32,000 nt of DNA from Synechococcus elongatus PCC 6301 (GTDB taxonomy: Bacteria; Cyanobacteriota; Cyanobacteriia; Synechococcales; Synechococcaceae): contig NC_006576.1 in assembly GCF_000010065.1 (NCBI RefSeq), positions 1-32,000 of the forward strand, given 5' to 3'. The number at the start of each line of letters is the position of its first letter. Position 1 is the first letter of the stretch. The notes below the pieces were generated by a model. That model did no database searches. It was not told where the DNA came from and worked only from the letters and a program-made list of their open reading frames with translations. This document shows positions 19,770 to 27,329 of this stretch, piece after piece. The position numbers and the translations under genes are program-made.

Positions 19770-20665
19770 CTAAATGCTGCGATTGAAAAGTTTCTCTGCC
19801 AAAGTTTGGAAGCGATCGCTATCTTGTAATCCTGCAATCCAGTCATCAGGGATTGCTTCGAGCCCGTAGTGGGCACCCGCAATCTGTCCTGCGATCGCTC
19901 CCACGGTATCGGAATCTTCGCCCAGATTCACCGCTGCGAGTAAGCAATCTGCAAAGGATGTGGTGGTTCCAAATGCCCAGAGAGCAGCTTCCAAGGCATA
20001 GAGGGCATGACCCTGAGCGCGGATGTTTGTCGAGGTTTGCCAACTACCTCGAACCACTTCCACAATCTCAGCATCAGGATGTTGATACCAATGCCCTGAA
20101 AGCAAGTCTGTCTTTGACTCTCCTTGCAAGGCTCGAACCAGTAGCTCGGCAAAGTATCCCGAAAGAGCGATCGCTTGGGGATGACGATGAGTCGTGACGG
20201 TACTCTGTTGAGCTAAGTCAATGGCATCGGCAATATCTTGGTTGGACCAAATGGGAATCGGAGCCATCCTCATCAGAGCGCCGTTTCCCAGAGCATTTAA
20301 GCCCCCTGCTTCAACTTCCCCTGTCCTGAGGTAATGACTGAGAGCAGAGTGAGTGCCATTACCAATGTCAAAGCAATCGCCGATGACCGAGTTTTCGCCG
20401 TGTTGCCACCAACGACAGTAGCGATCGAGGTTATCTTTTAAATCCAACTTGCCGCAGGCCAGAAGTGATTCTGCGAGACATAAAGCCATGGAAGAATCAT
20501 CTGTCCATTGACCGGCTTTGAGGTTGAAAGGCCCGCCATCGCGATAGCCGGTAATCGGTTCAAAAGATCAGGCTTTTGAAACTCAACAGGTGCACCGAGT
20601 GCATCGCCGATGGCAAGACCAAGGAAACAGGCTTGGGCACGAGACAGTTGTGTGATTGATGACAT
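19770..20665 (-). pseudogene. ADP-ribosylglycohydrolase (ARH/DraG family) interrupted by a 1-nt frameshift
   Basis: The N-terminal frame reads MSSITQLSRAQACFLGLAIGDALGAPVEFQKPDL. The C-terminal frame continues FEPITGYRDGGPFNLKAGQWTDDSSMALCLAESL... to the stop at 19770. The two join if one extra T is added to the TTTT run (plus-strand AAAA, 20562-20565). GAGAGGTGGAG precedes the ATG at 20665. Confidence 0.8.
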
Positions 20666-20752
20666 CAACTCCACCTCTCAATGAAAAGCTAGCAATGATT
20701 ACGTTGAGTCGCTGAGGTTTCAGATCTCTATCAGGACTCGCAATTTAAGAGA

Positions 20753-20782
20753 GCCACCTAGTGGCGATCGCCACTAGGTGGC
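20753..20782. repeat. 30-bp perfect palindrome centred on a HIP1 site
   Basis: GCCACCTAGTGGCGATCGCCACTAGGTGGC is its own reverse complement. It lies about 90 nt upstream of the ARH start. Confidence 0.95.
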
Positions 20783-20967
20783 GTGACAAGTCACAATTGC
20801 GCAGTCTTAAAACAGAAAGCTCAACACAGTCAGGAAGTTGCAAAAATTCTGTCAACACTCGCTAAGAGGTGACTTTGCTCAAATCGAGCATTGCGGAAAG
20901 GGTTGTTCATGGTCTTCAGACTCCCTGAAGTTATACGCAGCACCTCGATTGGTTGCCACTACATAAG

Positions 20968-20995
20968 TTTATATCAAGCGCAATCATCTTGTCAA
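20968..20995 (-). promoter_or_regulatory. Near-consensus sigma-70-type promoter candidate facing the ARH gene
   Basis: The minus strand reads TTGACA (20995-20990), a 16-nt spacer, then TATAAA (20973-20968). This would give a ~300-nt leader containing the 30-bp palindrome. Confidence 0.3.
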
Positions 20996-21658
20996 CCCCT
21001 CCAGTTTTATGCTGAGTCGCGGATTATCCGTTGTTCGTTGCCGAGCCCTTGAGCATGGTGGAGTGGCAGTGCGATCGCGCAACTGCTCCGTCACGGTGAG
21101 AGGCCGTATCCTCATAGAGATCTAGTTCGACCTCTGGAAGACACTTTTCAGAAAATAAAATACTCTCGTTTCTAGAAGCTTAGGCTCACTACAATGAAAG
21201 GCAAGAAGAGAGTTTCCAGCAAATGGGATTGTGATGGTTTAGTCCTCATTACCGTAGAAGGGAAGAGACTTCGACTGGGTGTGGATGAGGCTGATGATGA
21301 GATCCTTGATGATGAAGAGAATGTTATGAAATCTGAGGATCAGTCTGAAATTTTGAGTCACGAGAAATCAAGCGAGGAATAATCCTGAGAAATCGGATAC
21401 TCCCAATAAAATGACCACAGAAGAGAAAAGAATGATTGACTTAGACTATGATCGCTGAGTTAGTGATGACTATGATGCTGTGATTATAGATTATGATAGT
21501 AATAGCGTTTAGCTCATGAAAGAGACAGAATATATTGCCTCTAAAAACAAGAAGCAGAGAAAAGAGGGAAGCTAGATAGCTGTTATAAAAAAGAATTGAA
21601 TCTACTCGACTCGCTAGACCTTCATCTGCACATAAGGAGACTCTGCTAGCAGTAGCTC

Positions 21659-21886
21659 TTAATAGAGGATGTAGTTCTCAATCTCTACCTTTCGACGCTT
21701 GATGCGCCATTCATGACCACAACTCAGGCATTGGCGCTCTGGATCTTCCCAGCCAATACAGCAACCGCCTAAGGCAATCTCTTGTCGCGCAGCCATTTCA
21801 AACGCCTCAGGTGTAGGCATACCATAGAGGATGTTGACGCCGGTTCTTTGCTTGCAAACAGGACAAATATACTTTTTTGAACTCAT
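21659..21886 (-). CDS. Small zinc-ribbon protein, 75 aa
   Basis: Two CxxC pairs are present (CPVCKQ and CLSCGH). AAGGAGGATG lies upstream of the ATG. The segment is AT-rich. Confidence 0.6.
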   Translation of the reverse strand: MSSKKYICPVCKQRTGVNILYGMPTPEAFEMAARQEIALGGCCIGWEDPERQCLSCGHEWRIKRRKVEIENYILY

Positions 21887-22064
21887 TCAAGACATCCTCC
21901 TTGACTGACGACCTTTACAAGTTATATCTGTCTCACGAAAGCGAAGAGGCTTTCTGGGGTAGAACAGAAGTGAGAAATTACTGTCTCTAATCCATGAGAA
22001 ATCCGCTGTATCCGATGAACATAAGGTATTCAGTGATAGCCGCGATCGCAGTTCCTAGCCTTGA

Positions 22065-22481
22065 CTAGACCACCATCTCTTTGCCGTGCTCATGAATCGC
22101 TTCCAGAGGAATCGACTGGAAAAATCGGGTGCCTAGAACTAAGTTCTTTTTCGTCAGCCCACCTTTCAAGTAGAAACTATAGTCAAAGAGCAGCGTGTCA
22201 TATTCCGTGAGAGATGCACGTACAAATGCATACTCATCATTAATCTTATTGGCCAAGTCAAGCTTTTGTTCTCGACTGAATCCCTCTTCAAACTCGAAGA
22301 TAGTAAATATCATGATTCTTGTTTGATTCTCGGAAATCATGACAGTACAGTTCAGCTCATCTTTGATCTTGAGATCTCCGTCGTCGTCCCATGCTGTTTC
22401 AATAAAAGCTGCATCATAGATTGCTTTGAGTAAGTCTTTGGAGACGTTATCGGGCGTAATCAAGTCGTTAGTCAGCATCAT
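22065..22481 (-). CDS. YbjN-like (type III secretion chaperone-like fold) protein, 138 aa
   Basis: The ATG-ATG at 22481/22478 gives MMLTNDLITPDNVSKDLLKAIYDAAFIETAWDDDGDLKIKDE...FDYSFYLKGGLTKKNLV. The pattern and length fit the YbjN family. The track start at 22535 is a TTG 18 codons upstream. Confidence 0.6.
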   Translation of the reverse strand: MMLTNDLITPDNVSKDLLKAIYDAAFIETAWDDDGDLKIKDELNCTVMISENQTRIMIFTIFEFEEGFSREQKLDLANKINDEYAFVRASLTEYDTLLFDYSFYLKGGLTKKNLVLGTRFFQSIPLEAIHEHGKEMVV

Positions 22482-22539
22482 GGTCGTTAAGTTTGGGGGG
22501 TAGGTGTGATCGTGGAATCCATCAAGGGCGGTCAAAGCT

Positions 22540-22728
22540 TCATACAGGCTGAGGGCCTCCCTTAATTCGGGCTCCTGGAATCATCGCTTGTGCAACACGA
22601 ACGGCGTCTGATTGGCTTTGCGCCTGCACGATAATTTCTCGATGTGTCCGCACTTGGTCGGTGGGCAGAAGATAGCGAACACGCCATGCTGTATCGGCCA
22701 TCGGTTTGTTTGAATTCGATGTCCCCAT
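22540..22728 (-). CDS. Small hypothetical protein, 62 aa (or 53 aa from the ATG at 22701)
   Basis: The ORF ends 58 nt before the ATG of the YbjN-like gene on the same strand. The sequence MADTAWRVRYLLPTDQVRTHREIIVQAQSQSDAVRVAQAMIPGARIKG looks like a folded protein. The competing overlapping ORF 22581..22826 looks less like a protein. Confidence 0.4.
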   Translation of the reverse strand: MGTSNSNKPMADTAWRVRYLLPTDQVRTHREIIVQAQSQSDAVRVAQAMIPGARIKGGPQPV

Positions 22729-22871
22729 TGTCCAGATTGCAAAAGCAGCTGTCTTAGTTCAGATGCGAATGACAAATGGTGATCATATGCCTTACTCGGG
22801 TAATCGTGGTAAGGCTCTGTCCACACTTGGGACTGATAGGCTAAAGACGTTTTGTCTGGGCGTCCTTTGCT

Positions 22872-23189
22872 GTGCTCCTCAACGCCTTTGATGTTGATCC
22901 TGAAGTCAGCGATCGCACGTTGGAAGTCTTCTGTGGCGATCTCTTTTCGCTGGGGCTACAGGTTGACCTGTTGGTGGTCTCGGCCTTTGAGGGTAACTAT
23001 GACCCCGTGCCTCGGACGCTGATTGGGCATCTCTTTGAGGAATGTCAGTTAGCGGTTGGTAATCTGCCAAGGGCGTTAGACCTCACCCAGAGTCCTGTCA
23101 AGGCATGGGTCACACGGCCGCTCCAGTCTTTAGACAATCCACCTTGCTGGCCCGAGGGTCAACGACACGCTTCAGTCGGTCAGCAGTAG
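22872..23189 (+). CDS. Hypothetical ORF, 105 aa, possibly the 5-prime fragment of a larger gene
   Basis: GTG start, native-like GC content, one HIP1 site. LEVFCGDLFSLGLQVDLLVVSAFEGNY loosely resembles the first strand-loop of macro-type ADP-ribose-binding folds; this is weak. The ORF stops exactly where the sequence turns AT-rich. Confidence 0.35.
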   Translation: MLLNAFDVDPEVSDRTLEVFCGDLFSLGLQVDLLVVSAFEGNYDPVPRTLIGHLFEECQLAVGNLPRALDLTQSPVKAWVTRPLQSLDNPPCWPEGQRHASVGQQ

Positions 23190-23535
23190 TCGCAAGCCCC
23201 AAACAGCCTGATCCACAGGCGGTGGAGTGGCCGGCATTTAATTAGATGTATTGTTTGCTAAATAGTTTTTCTCAATCTTTAAGACGTTGACGCCATAATA
23301 TTTTTGCCCATTTTAAATAACTTTTGCTTTCTGATAAGCAAGTAGAGTTATTAAAAGTAATTAGAGTATGAGAATGCTTTTGCTTTTTCCCTAGTTGCCG
23401 TGATCCAAAAAGGTGCTGAAGAGTGGATCTGGTGTCGCTCCAAGCTGGAACGGATTCGCTCGAAAAAAGATATTGCTCGCGCCTCTGTGGATGGTGAGAT
23501 TGGAGATTCAAAAGGACTCCTAACGCCATAGAAAG

Positions 23536-23737
23536 CTATGTACTACTGGCTTGGCTGGCTGAAGCGAGTAGAGGCAGAATCTCAAGCTAGAGACTGTAAT
23601 AGGTGAAACTTTCTTGATGTTCTGGTAGCTTTTCATCATCTCGGTAGAGTCAGCATGTATTCTCTAACCAAGTAAAGGTTCGCTCTACGACCCAAAGTTT
23701 TAGTTTGGCGCGAAAGTTATCCATGAGCGAATTTTTA
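23536..23737 (-). mobile_element. Relic of an IS4/IS5-superfamily (DDE) transposase C-terminus
   Basis: The minus strand reads RKNSLMDNFRAKLKLWVVERTFTWLENTC-stop-LYRDDEKLPEHQESFTYYSL-stop-LEILPLLASASQ. The WVVERTFxWL...RRL..DYEK...F pattern is characteristic of IS5-type transposase C-termini. There are two in-frame stops and no N-terminal part. Confidence 0.65.
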
Positions 23738-23766
23738 CGTCCACTCTAAGGAAGAACTTTCTATCA

Positions 23767-23838
23767 AGCGGGCGATGGGACTCGAACCCACGACGTTCAG
23801 CTTGGGAAGCTGACATTCTACCACTGAATTACGCCCGC
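23767..23838 (-). tRNA. tRNA-Gly (anticodon CCC)
   Basis: The minus strand is GCGGGCGTAATTCAGTGGTAGAATGTCAGCTTCCCAAGCTGAACGTCGTGGGTTCGAGTCCCATCGCCCGC plus a discriminator base. It folds as a cloverleaf: 7-bp acceptor stem, D arm ATTC/GAAT, anticodon stem TCAGC/GCTGA with loop TTCCCAA, and T arm GTGGG/CCCAT with TTCGAGT. CCA is not encoded. Confidence 0.95.
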
Positions 23839-23878
23839 AGTGGCACTGACTTAAGTAGCGATCGCCATTATAGGCGGA

Positions 23879-24379
23879 TTGTCGTCACTTCTGACCCCCG
23901 CTTCCGCTAGAGTGCGAACAGGCTCAGAGGAACTGTCTGTGAATGCAACCCAGCGCAAACTGTTGATGCAGCTCGTCATTGGTGCCGCTTGGGTCGACGG
24001 GGACCTCGATCAGCCAGAGCGACAGTACCTGCAAACTCTTCTGGAGCGGCAGAAGCTTGATCACGATCCAGACTTGCTGGTACTCCTCGAAACCCCAATC
24101 GGACTGCCTCAACTGGAAGCTTGGCTTGTTACCTTTCTACAGGGGACCAGCACCCCAACACGCTTGGCGGCTCTGGCCACGATCGCCAATCTACTGATGG
24201 CCGACGGCGTTGTTAATCGCAGTGAGCATAGCCTACTGGATGAAATCCACTCACTGATGGCGCAGATTCCCGCAAGTCGCGACGAAGGAGAGTATCGGCA
24301 AGCGGCCCCAGGCTTAGTCCAGGGATTGAGTGGTCTCGTGCGCCGCGCCCTAAATGGAGCCAAGCATCTCTTTCAGTGA
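23879..24379 (+). CDS. TerB-like (tellurite-resistance TerB fold) protein
   Basis: Two TerB-type helices are visible: LVIGAAWVDGDLDQPERQYLQTLL and IANLLMADGVVNRSEHSLLDEI. The start is uncertain: TTG at 23879, or GTG near 23939. Confidence 0.6.
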   Translation: MSSLLTPASARVRTGSEELSVNATQRKLLMQLVIGAAWVDGDLDQPERQYLQTLLERQKLDHDPDLLVLLETPIGLPQLEAWLVTFLQGTSTPTRLAALATIANLLMADGVVNRSEHSLLDEIHSLMAQIPASRDEGEYRQAAPGLVQGLSGLVRRALNGAKHLFQ

Positions 24380-24417
24380 GGCTGAACTGACCTGTGTTCT
24401 AAACAGCCGGAGTTGCT

Positions 24418-26613
24418 ATGCATCCCTTGCTAGGATCAGCGGCTGATTCTGTGATGAGATTGGCCATGACCGATGCTGCGATTGAACTGAATCGGCCAGA
24501 AAATTTCTTTAATCGTGAAATTAGCTGGCTGGCTTTCAATCAGCGCGTTCTACACCAAGCCCTCGACCCCCGCACGCCTCTGCTGGAACGCCTCAAGTTC
24601 ATGGGGATTTTCAGCAATAACCTCGATGAATACTTCATGGTGCGCGTGGCGAGTCTCTTGCAGCAAATTGAGGCTGGCGTCAGCAAGCGATCGCCCGATG
24701 GCCTCACCCCAGCGGAGCAACTCGAGCAAATTCGAGCCTGCCTTGGCCCCCTGGTGGAGCAACAACACAGCCATTTCTACCGAGAGCTACGCCCCCTGCT
24801 GGCTGAAACGGGCATCCATCTGCTCAACTACAACGACCTCAACCGCACCCAACAGCGATACCTCGATCAGTATTTCGCAGCGCAGATTTTTCCAGTCTTG
24901 ACACCGCTCGCGGTTGATCCGGCGCACCCCTTCCCCCACATTTCCAATCTCAGTCTCAACTTGGCGGTCTTGATCCAAGACGACAGTGTTGGCGAGGAGC
25001 AGTTTGCGCGGATTAAGGTGCCGAACATTCTGCCGCGCTTTATTGAACTGCCGGCCAAAACCCGCCGGCGATCGCAGCAACCGATTGTCTGGATGGGCGT
25101 ACCGATCGAACAGGTAATCGCCCACAACCTCAGCACGCTTTTCCCAGGCATGAGCGTGATCGATTGGTTTGTCTTCCGTGTCACCCGCGATGCTGACCTC
25201 GATGTCAAGGAAGACGAAGCTGACGATCTGCTGTTGGCGATCGAACAAGAATTGCGTAAGCGACGCCTGGGGGCAGGCTCAGTCGTCCGCCTAGAAATTG
25301 AGGCAGGCTCTCCAGCCTCCATCCTCGAAATCCTGATGAACGGCATGGACCTCGATCCGCAGGATGTCTATGCCCTACCCGGTCTCCTGAGCCTTGAAGA
25401 CCTGATGTCGCTGACGTCCTTGCCGTTGCCCGAACTGAAGGATCAGCCTTGGACGCAAGTGGTTCCCAAGCGATTGCGGCGGGTACAAATGCCCGTTGGC
25501 GAAGACCTGCAGCGTTCTAAGCCCAGTGAGGAAAGCGAAGACATCTTTACGGTGATTCGCCAGCGCGACCTGTTGATGCATCACCCCTACGATTCTTTTG
25601 CGGCTTCAGTCGAACAGTTCGTTGCCCAAGCCGCAACAGATCCCCACGTGCTGGCTATCAAAATGACGCTCTATCGCACCTCGGGAGATTCGCCGATTGT
25701 GCAGAGCCTGATGCAGGCTGCGGAGCATGGCAAGCAGGTGCTCGCTCTTGTAGAACTCAAAGCTCGCTTTGATGAAGAGAACAACATCACCTGGGCGCGG
25801 CGCCTTGAGAAAGCAGGTGTGCATGTTGTCTATGGCTTAGTGGGTCTCAAGATTCACACCAAAGTGGTGTTGGTGGTTCGCCAAGAGCGCAACCAAATCC
25901 GTCGCTATGTTCATATCGGCACCGGCAACTACAACTCCAAAGCAGCCCGCATCTACACTGACTTGGGGCTCTTGAGCTGCCGTGAGGATTTGGGCGCTGA
26001 TATTTCTGAACTCTTCAACTACCTGACGGGTTTCTCGAAGCAACGGGACTATCGCAAGCTGCTGATTGCGCCGGTCAGCTTGCGGGAGCAAATGATCGGC
26101 CTGATCGATCGCGAAATTCAGCATGCGATCGCAGGGCGTCCGGCAGCGATTCGCGCCAAGATGAACTCGCTAGTTGATCCTAAAATCATCCTCAAGCTCT
26201 ATGAGGCCTCACAAGCTGGCGTCGAGATTGATTTGATTGTGCGGGGGGTCTGCTGCCTACGACCGGGTGTGCCGGGGTTGAGCGATCGCATTCGGGTGAT
26301 TAGTATCATTGGCCGCTTCCTCGAACACTCGCGCATCTTCAGCTTCCACAACAACGGCCAGGAAGAGTTTTTCATCGGCAGTGCGGACTGGATGACCCGT
26401 AACCTCGATCGCCGCGTAGAAGCGATTACCCCTATTGAAGATGAAGCGATCGCAGCAGAACTGCGGGCAATCCTGGATATTTCCTTAGCCGACGACCGAC
26501 TGGCCTGGGATTTACTGCCCAGTGGTGAGTACCAACTCCGGCAACCGGTGGATCCCGAGACTCCCCATAGTTCGCAGCAGCAATTCATGAATCGCGCGGC
26601 TACCACCCGCTAG
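24418..26613 (+). CDS. ppk: Polyphosphate kinase 1
   Basis: The N-terminal FFNREISWLAFNQRVL is present, along with the two PLD-like catalytic modules (KIHTKVVLVVRQE and GRFLEHSRIFSF). Length is ~730 aa. In-frame ATGs at codons 13 and 17 are possible alternative starts. Confidence 0.95.
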   Translation: MHPLLGSAADSVMRLAMTDAAIELNRPENFFNREISWLAFNQRVLHQALDPRTPLLERLKFMGIFSNNLDEYFMVRVASLLQQIEAGVSKRSPDGLTPAEQLEQIRACLGPLVEQQHSHFYRELRPLLAETGIHLLNYNDLNRTQQRYLDQYFAAQIFPVLTPLAVDPAHPFPHISNLSLNLAVLIQDDSVGEEQFARIKVPNILPRFIELPAKTRRRSQQPIVWMGVPIEQVIAHNLSTLFPGMSVIDWFVFRVTRDADLDVKEDEADDLLLAIEQELRKRRLGAGSVVRLEIEAGSPASILEILMNGMDLDPQDVYALPGLLSLEDLMSLTSLPLPELKDQPWTQVVPKRLRRVQMPVGEDLQRSKPSEESEDIFTVIRQRDLLMHHPYDSFAASVEQFVAQAATDPHVLAIKMTLYRTSGDSPIVQSLMQAAEHGKQVLALVELKARFDEENNITWARRLEKAGVHVVYGLVGLKIHTKVVLVVRQERNQIRRYVHIGTGNYNSKAARIYTDLGLLSCREDLGADISELFNYLTGFSKQRDYRKLLIAPVSLREQMIGLIDREIQHAIAGRPAAIRAKMNSLVDPKIILKLYEASQAGVEIDLIVRGVCCLRPGVPGLSDRIRVISIIGRFLEHSRIFSFHNNGQEEFFIGSADWMTRNLDRRVEAITPIEDEAIAAELRAILDISLADDRLAWDLLPSGEYQLRQPVDPETPHSSQQQFMNRAATTR

Positions 26614-26670
26614 CGCCCGCTACTCATCAGGGCCATGGATCCGAGCCACACCTGTCCGGTAGATCCCAGT

Positions 26671-26988
26671 TCACTCGGGACGGCGATCGCTGCCTTTGAG
26701 GGGAGAAGAGTCCAGTTGTGGCACCTGTACCGGGAACAACTGAGAACGCTGACCGGGCGATCGCAGCTTGATGTGGCGAGCTAGCTTGAGTTCGGCAACG
26801 GGAGCGCGCAGCTGAGACAATCCTGCCGCAAGGCGGTCGGCAATGTCTGAATTTGGACAATCGATGCGAAGCACAAACCAAAAACGACTGATTTGGCAGT
26901 GACGCATGATCGCCAAATTAGCAACCAAGTCCGGGTCTTCTCAGTAGTAACTCAAGATCAGGTGCTGAAGCTGCTCACTGCGAGACAT
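26671..26988 (-). pseudogene. Hypothetical ORF interrupted by one in-frame TGA (or a shorter 85-aa or 78-aa CDS)
   Basis: The ATG at 26988 gives MSRSEQLQHLILSYY, then TGA (26943-26941), then the same frame continues EDPDLVANLAIMRHCQISRFWFVLRIDCPNSDIADRLAAGLSQL... to 26671. I recognise no motif. Confidence 0.3.
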
Positions 26989-27152
26989 AGGACAAGCAAG
27001 GGTTGGGAATTGTTTTTATTCAAGTCCGCCAACTGAGGAGATTCGAGAGCGCTCCAATTCCCTTAAGCCTGTGTGTCGATTCTGCAATGGAAGCAGGGAA
27101 GAACAAGCCCTCGTTGAGCCCGCTAAGACCGTTGCCCGAAGCCAGAAGACTG

Positions 27153-27329
27153 TCAGCCCTGCTGAGTTTGGGGAGCCGGACAGGTCGTCTGAGATTGGGT
27201 GGTTGGGCAACTGGGGGTGGGTTCAGCCTGTGCCGGGGCGATCGCTCCCAGAGATAGCACGAGACCAAGACCAGTAATCAGTAGGAGAGCAGAATGAATC
27301 CGAATCATGATCAACATCACCTGACTCAT
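27153..27329 (-). CDS. Small secreted or membrane-anchored peptide, 58 aa
   Basis: Below the ORF-track cutoff. Translation: MSQVMLIMIRIHSALLLITGLGLVLSLGAIAPAQA / EPTPSCPTTQSQTTCPAPQTQQG. This is a textbook n-h-c signal peptide with an AQA cleavage motif. Its ATG overlaps the TGA of the upstream ORF (ATGA). Its HIP1 site is read as Ala-Ile-Ala. Confidence 0.5.
   Translation of the reverse strand: MSQVMLIMIRIHSALLLITGLGLVLSLGAIAPAQAEPTPSCPTTQSQTTCPAPQTQQG

Noticed and set aside
19151-19882. 243-aa form of the AT-hook protein ORF, and 316-aa form of the post-umuC ORF (8836..9786)
   Set aside because: The upstream extensions overlap the 3-prime ends of the preceding genes (ARH, umuC) and lack ribosome-binding sites. 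They also look non-protein-like, whereas internal ATGs at 19657 and 9022 have good SD sequences.
21194-21382. 62-aa plus-strand ORF with a highly acidic tail
   Set aside because: It has no SD sequence, low-complexity composition and an isolated position in AT-rich DNA. There is not enough support to list it as a gene.
26941-26943. In-frame TGA in the 26671..26988 ORF, considered as a possible selenocysteine codon
   Set aside because: No SECIS-like hairpin is evident immediately downstream, and as far as I know cyanobacteria generally lack the Sec machinery. A nonsense mutation or an internal start is more parsimonious.
27138-27158. GAAGCCAGAAGACTGTCAGCC resembles the B12 box of cobalamin riboswitches (compare AAGCCCGAAGACCTGCC); a GGGAAG and GCCCGC lie just upstream
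   Set aside because: The distance between elements is far too short for the riboswitch core. No gene follows on the plus strand. The motif also coincides with the stop codon region of the 58-codon minus-strand ORF. An Rfam/Infernal scan (RF00174) would settle it.
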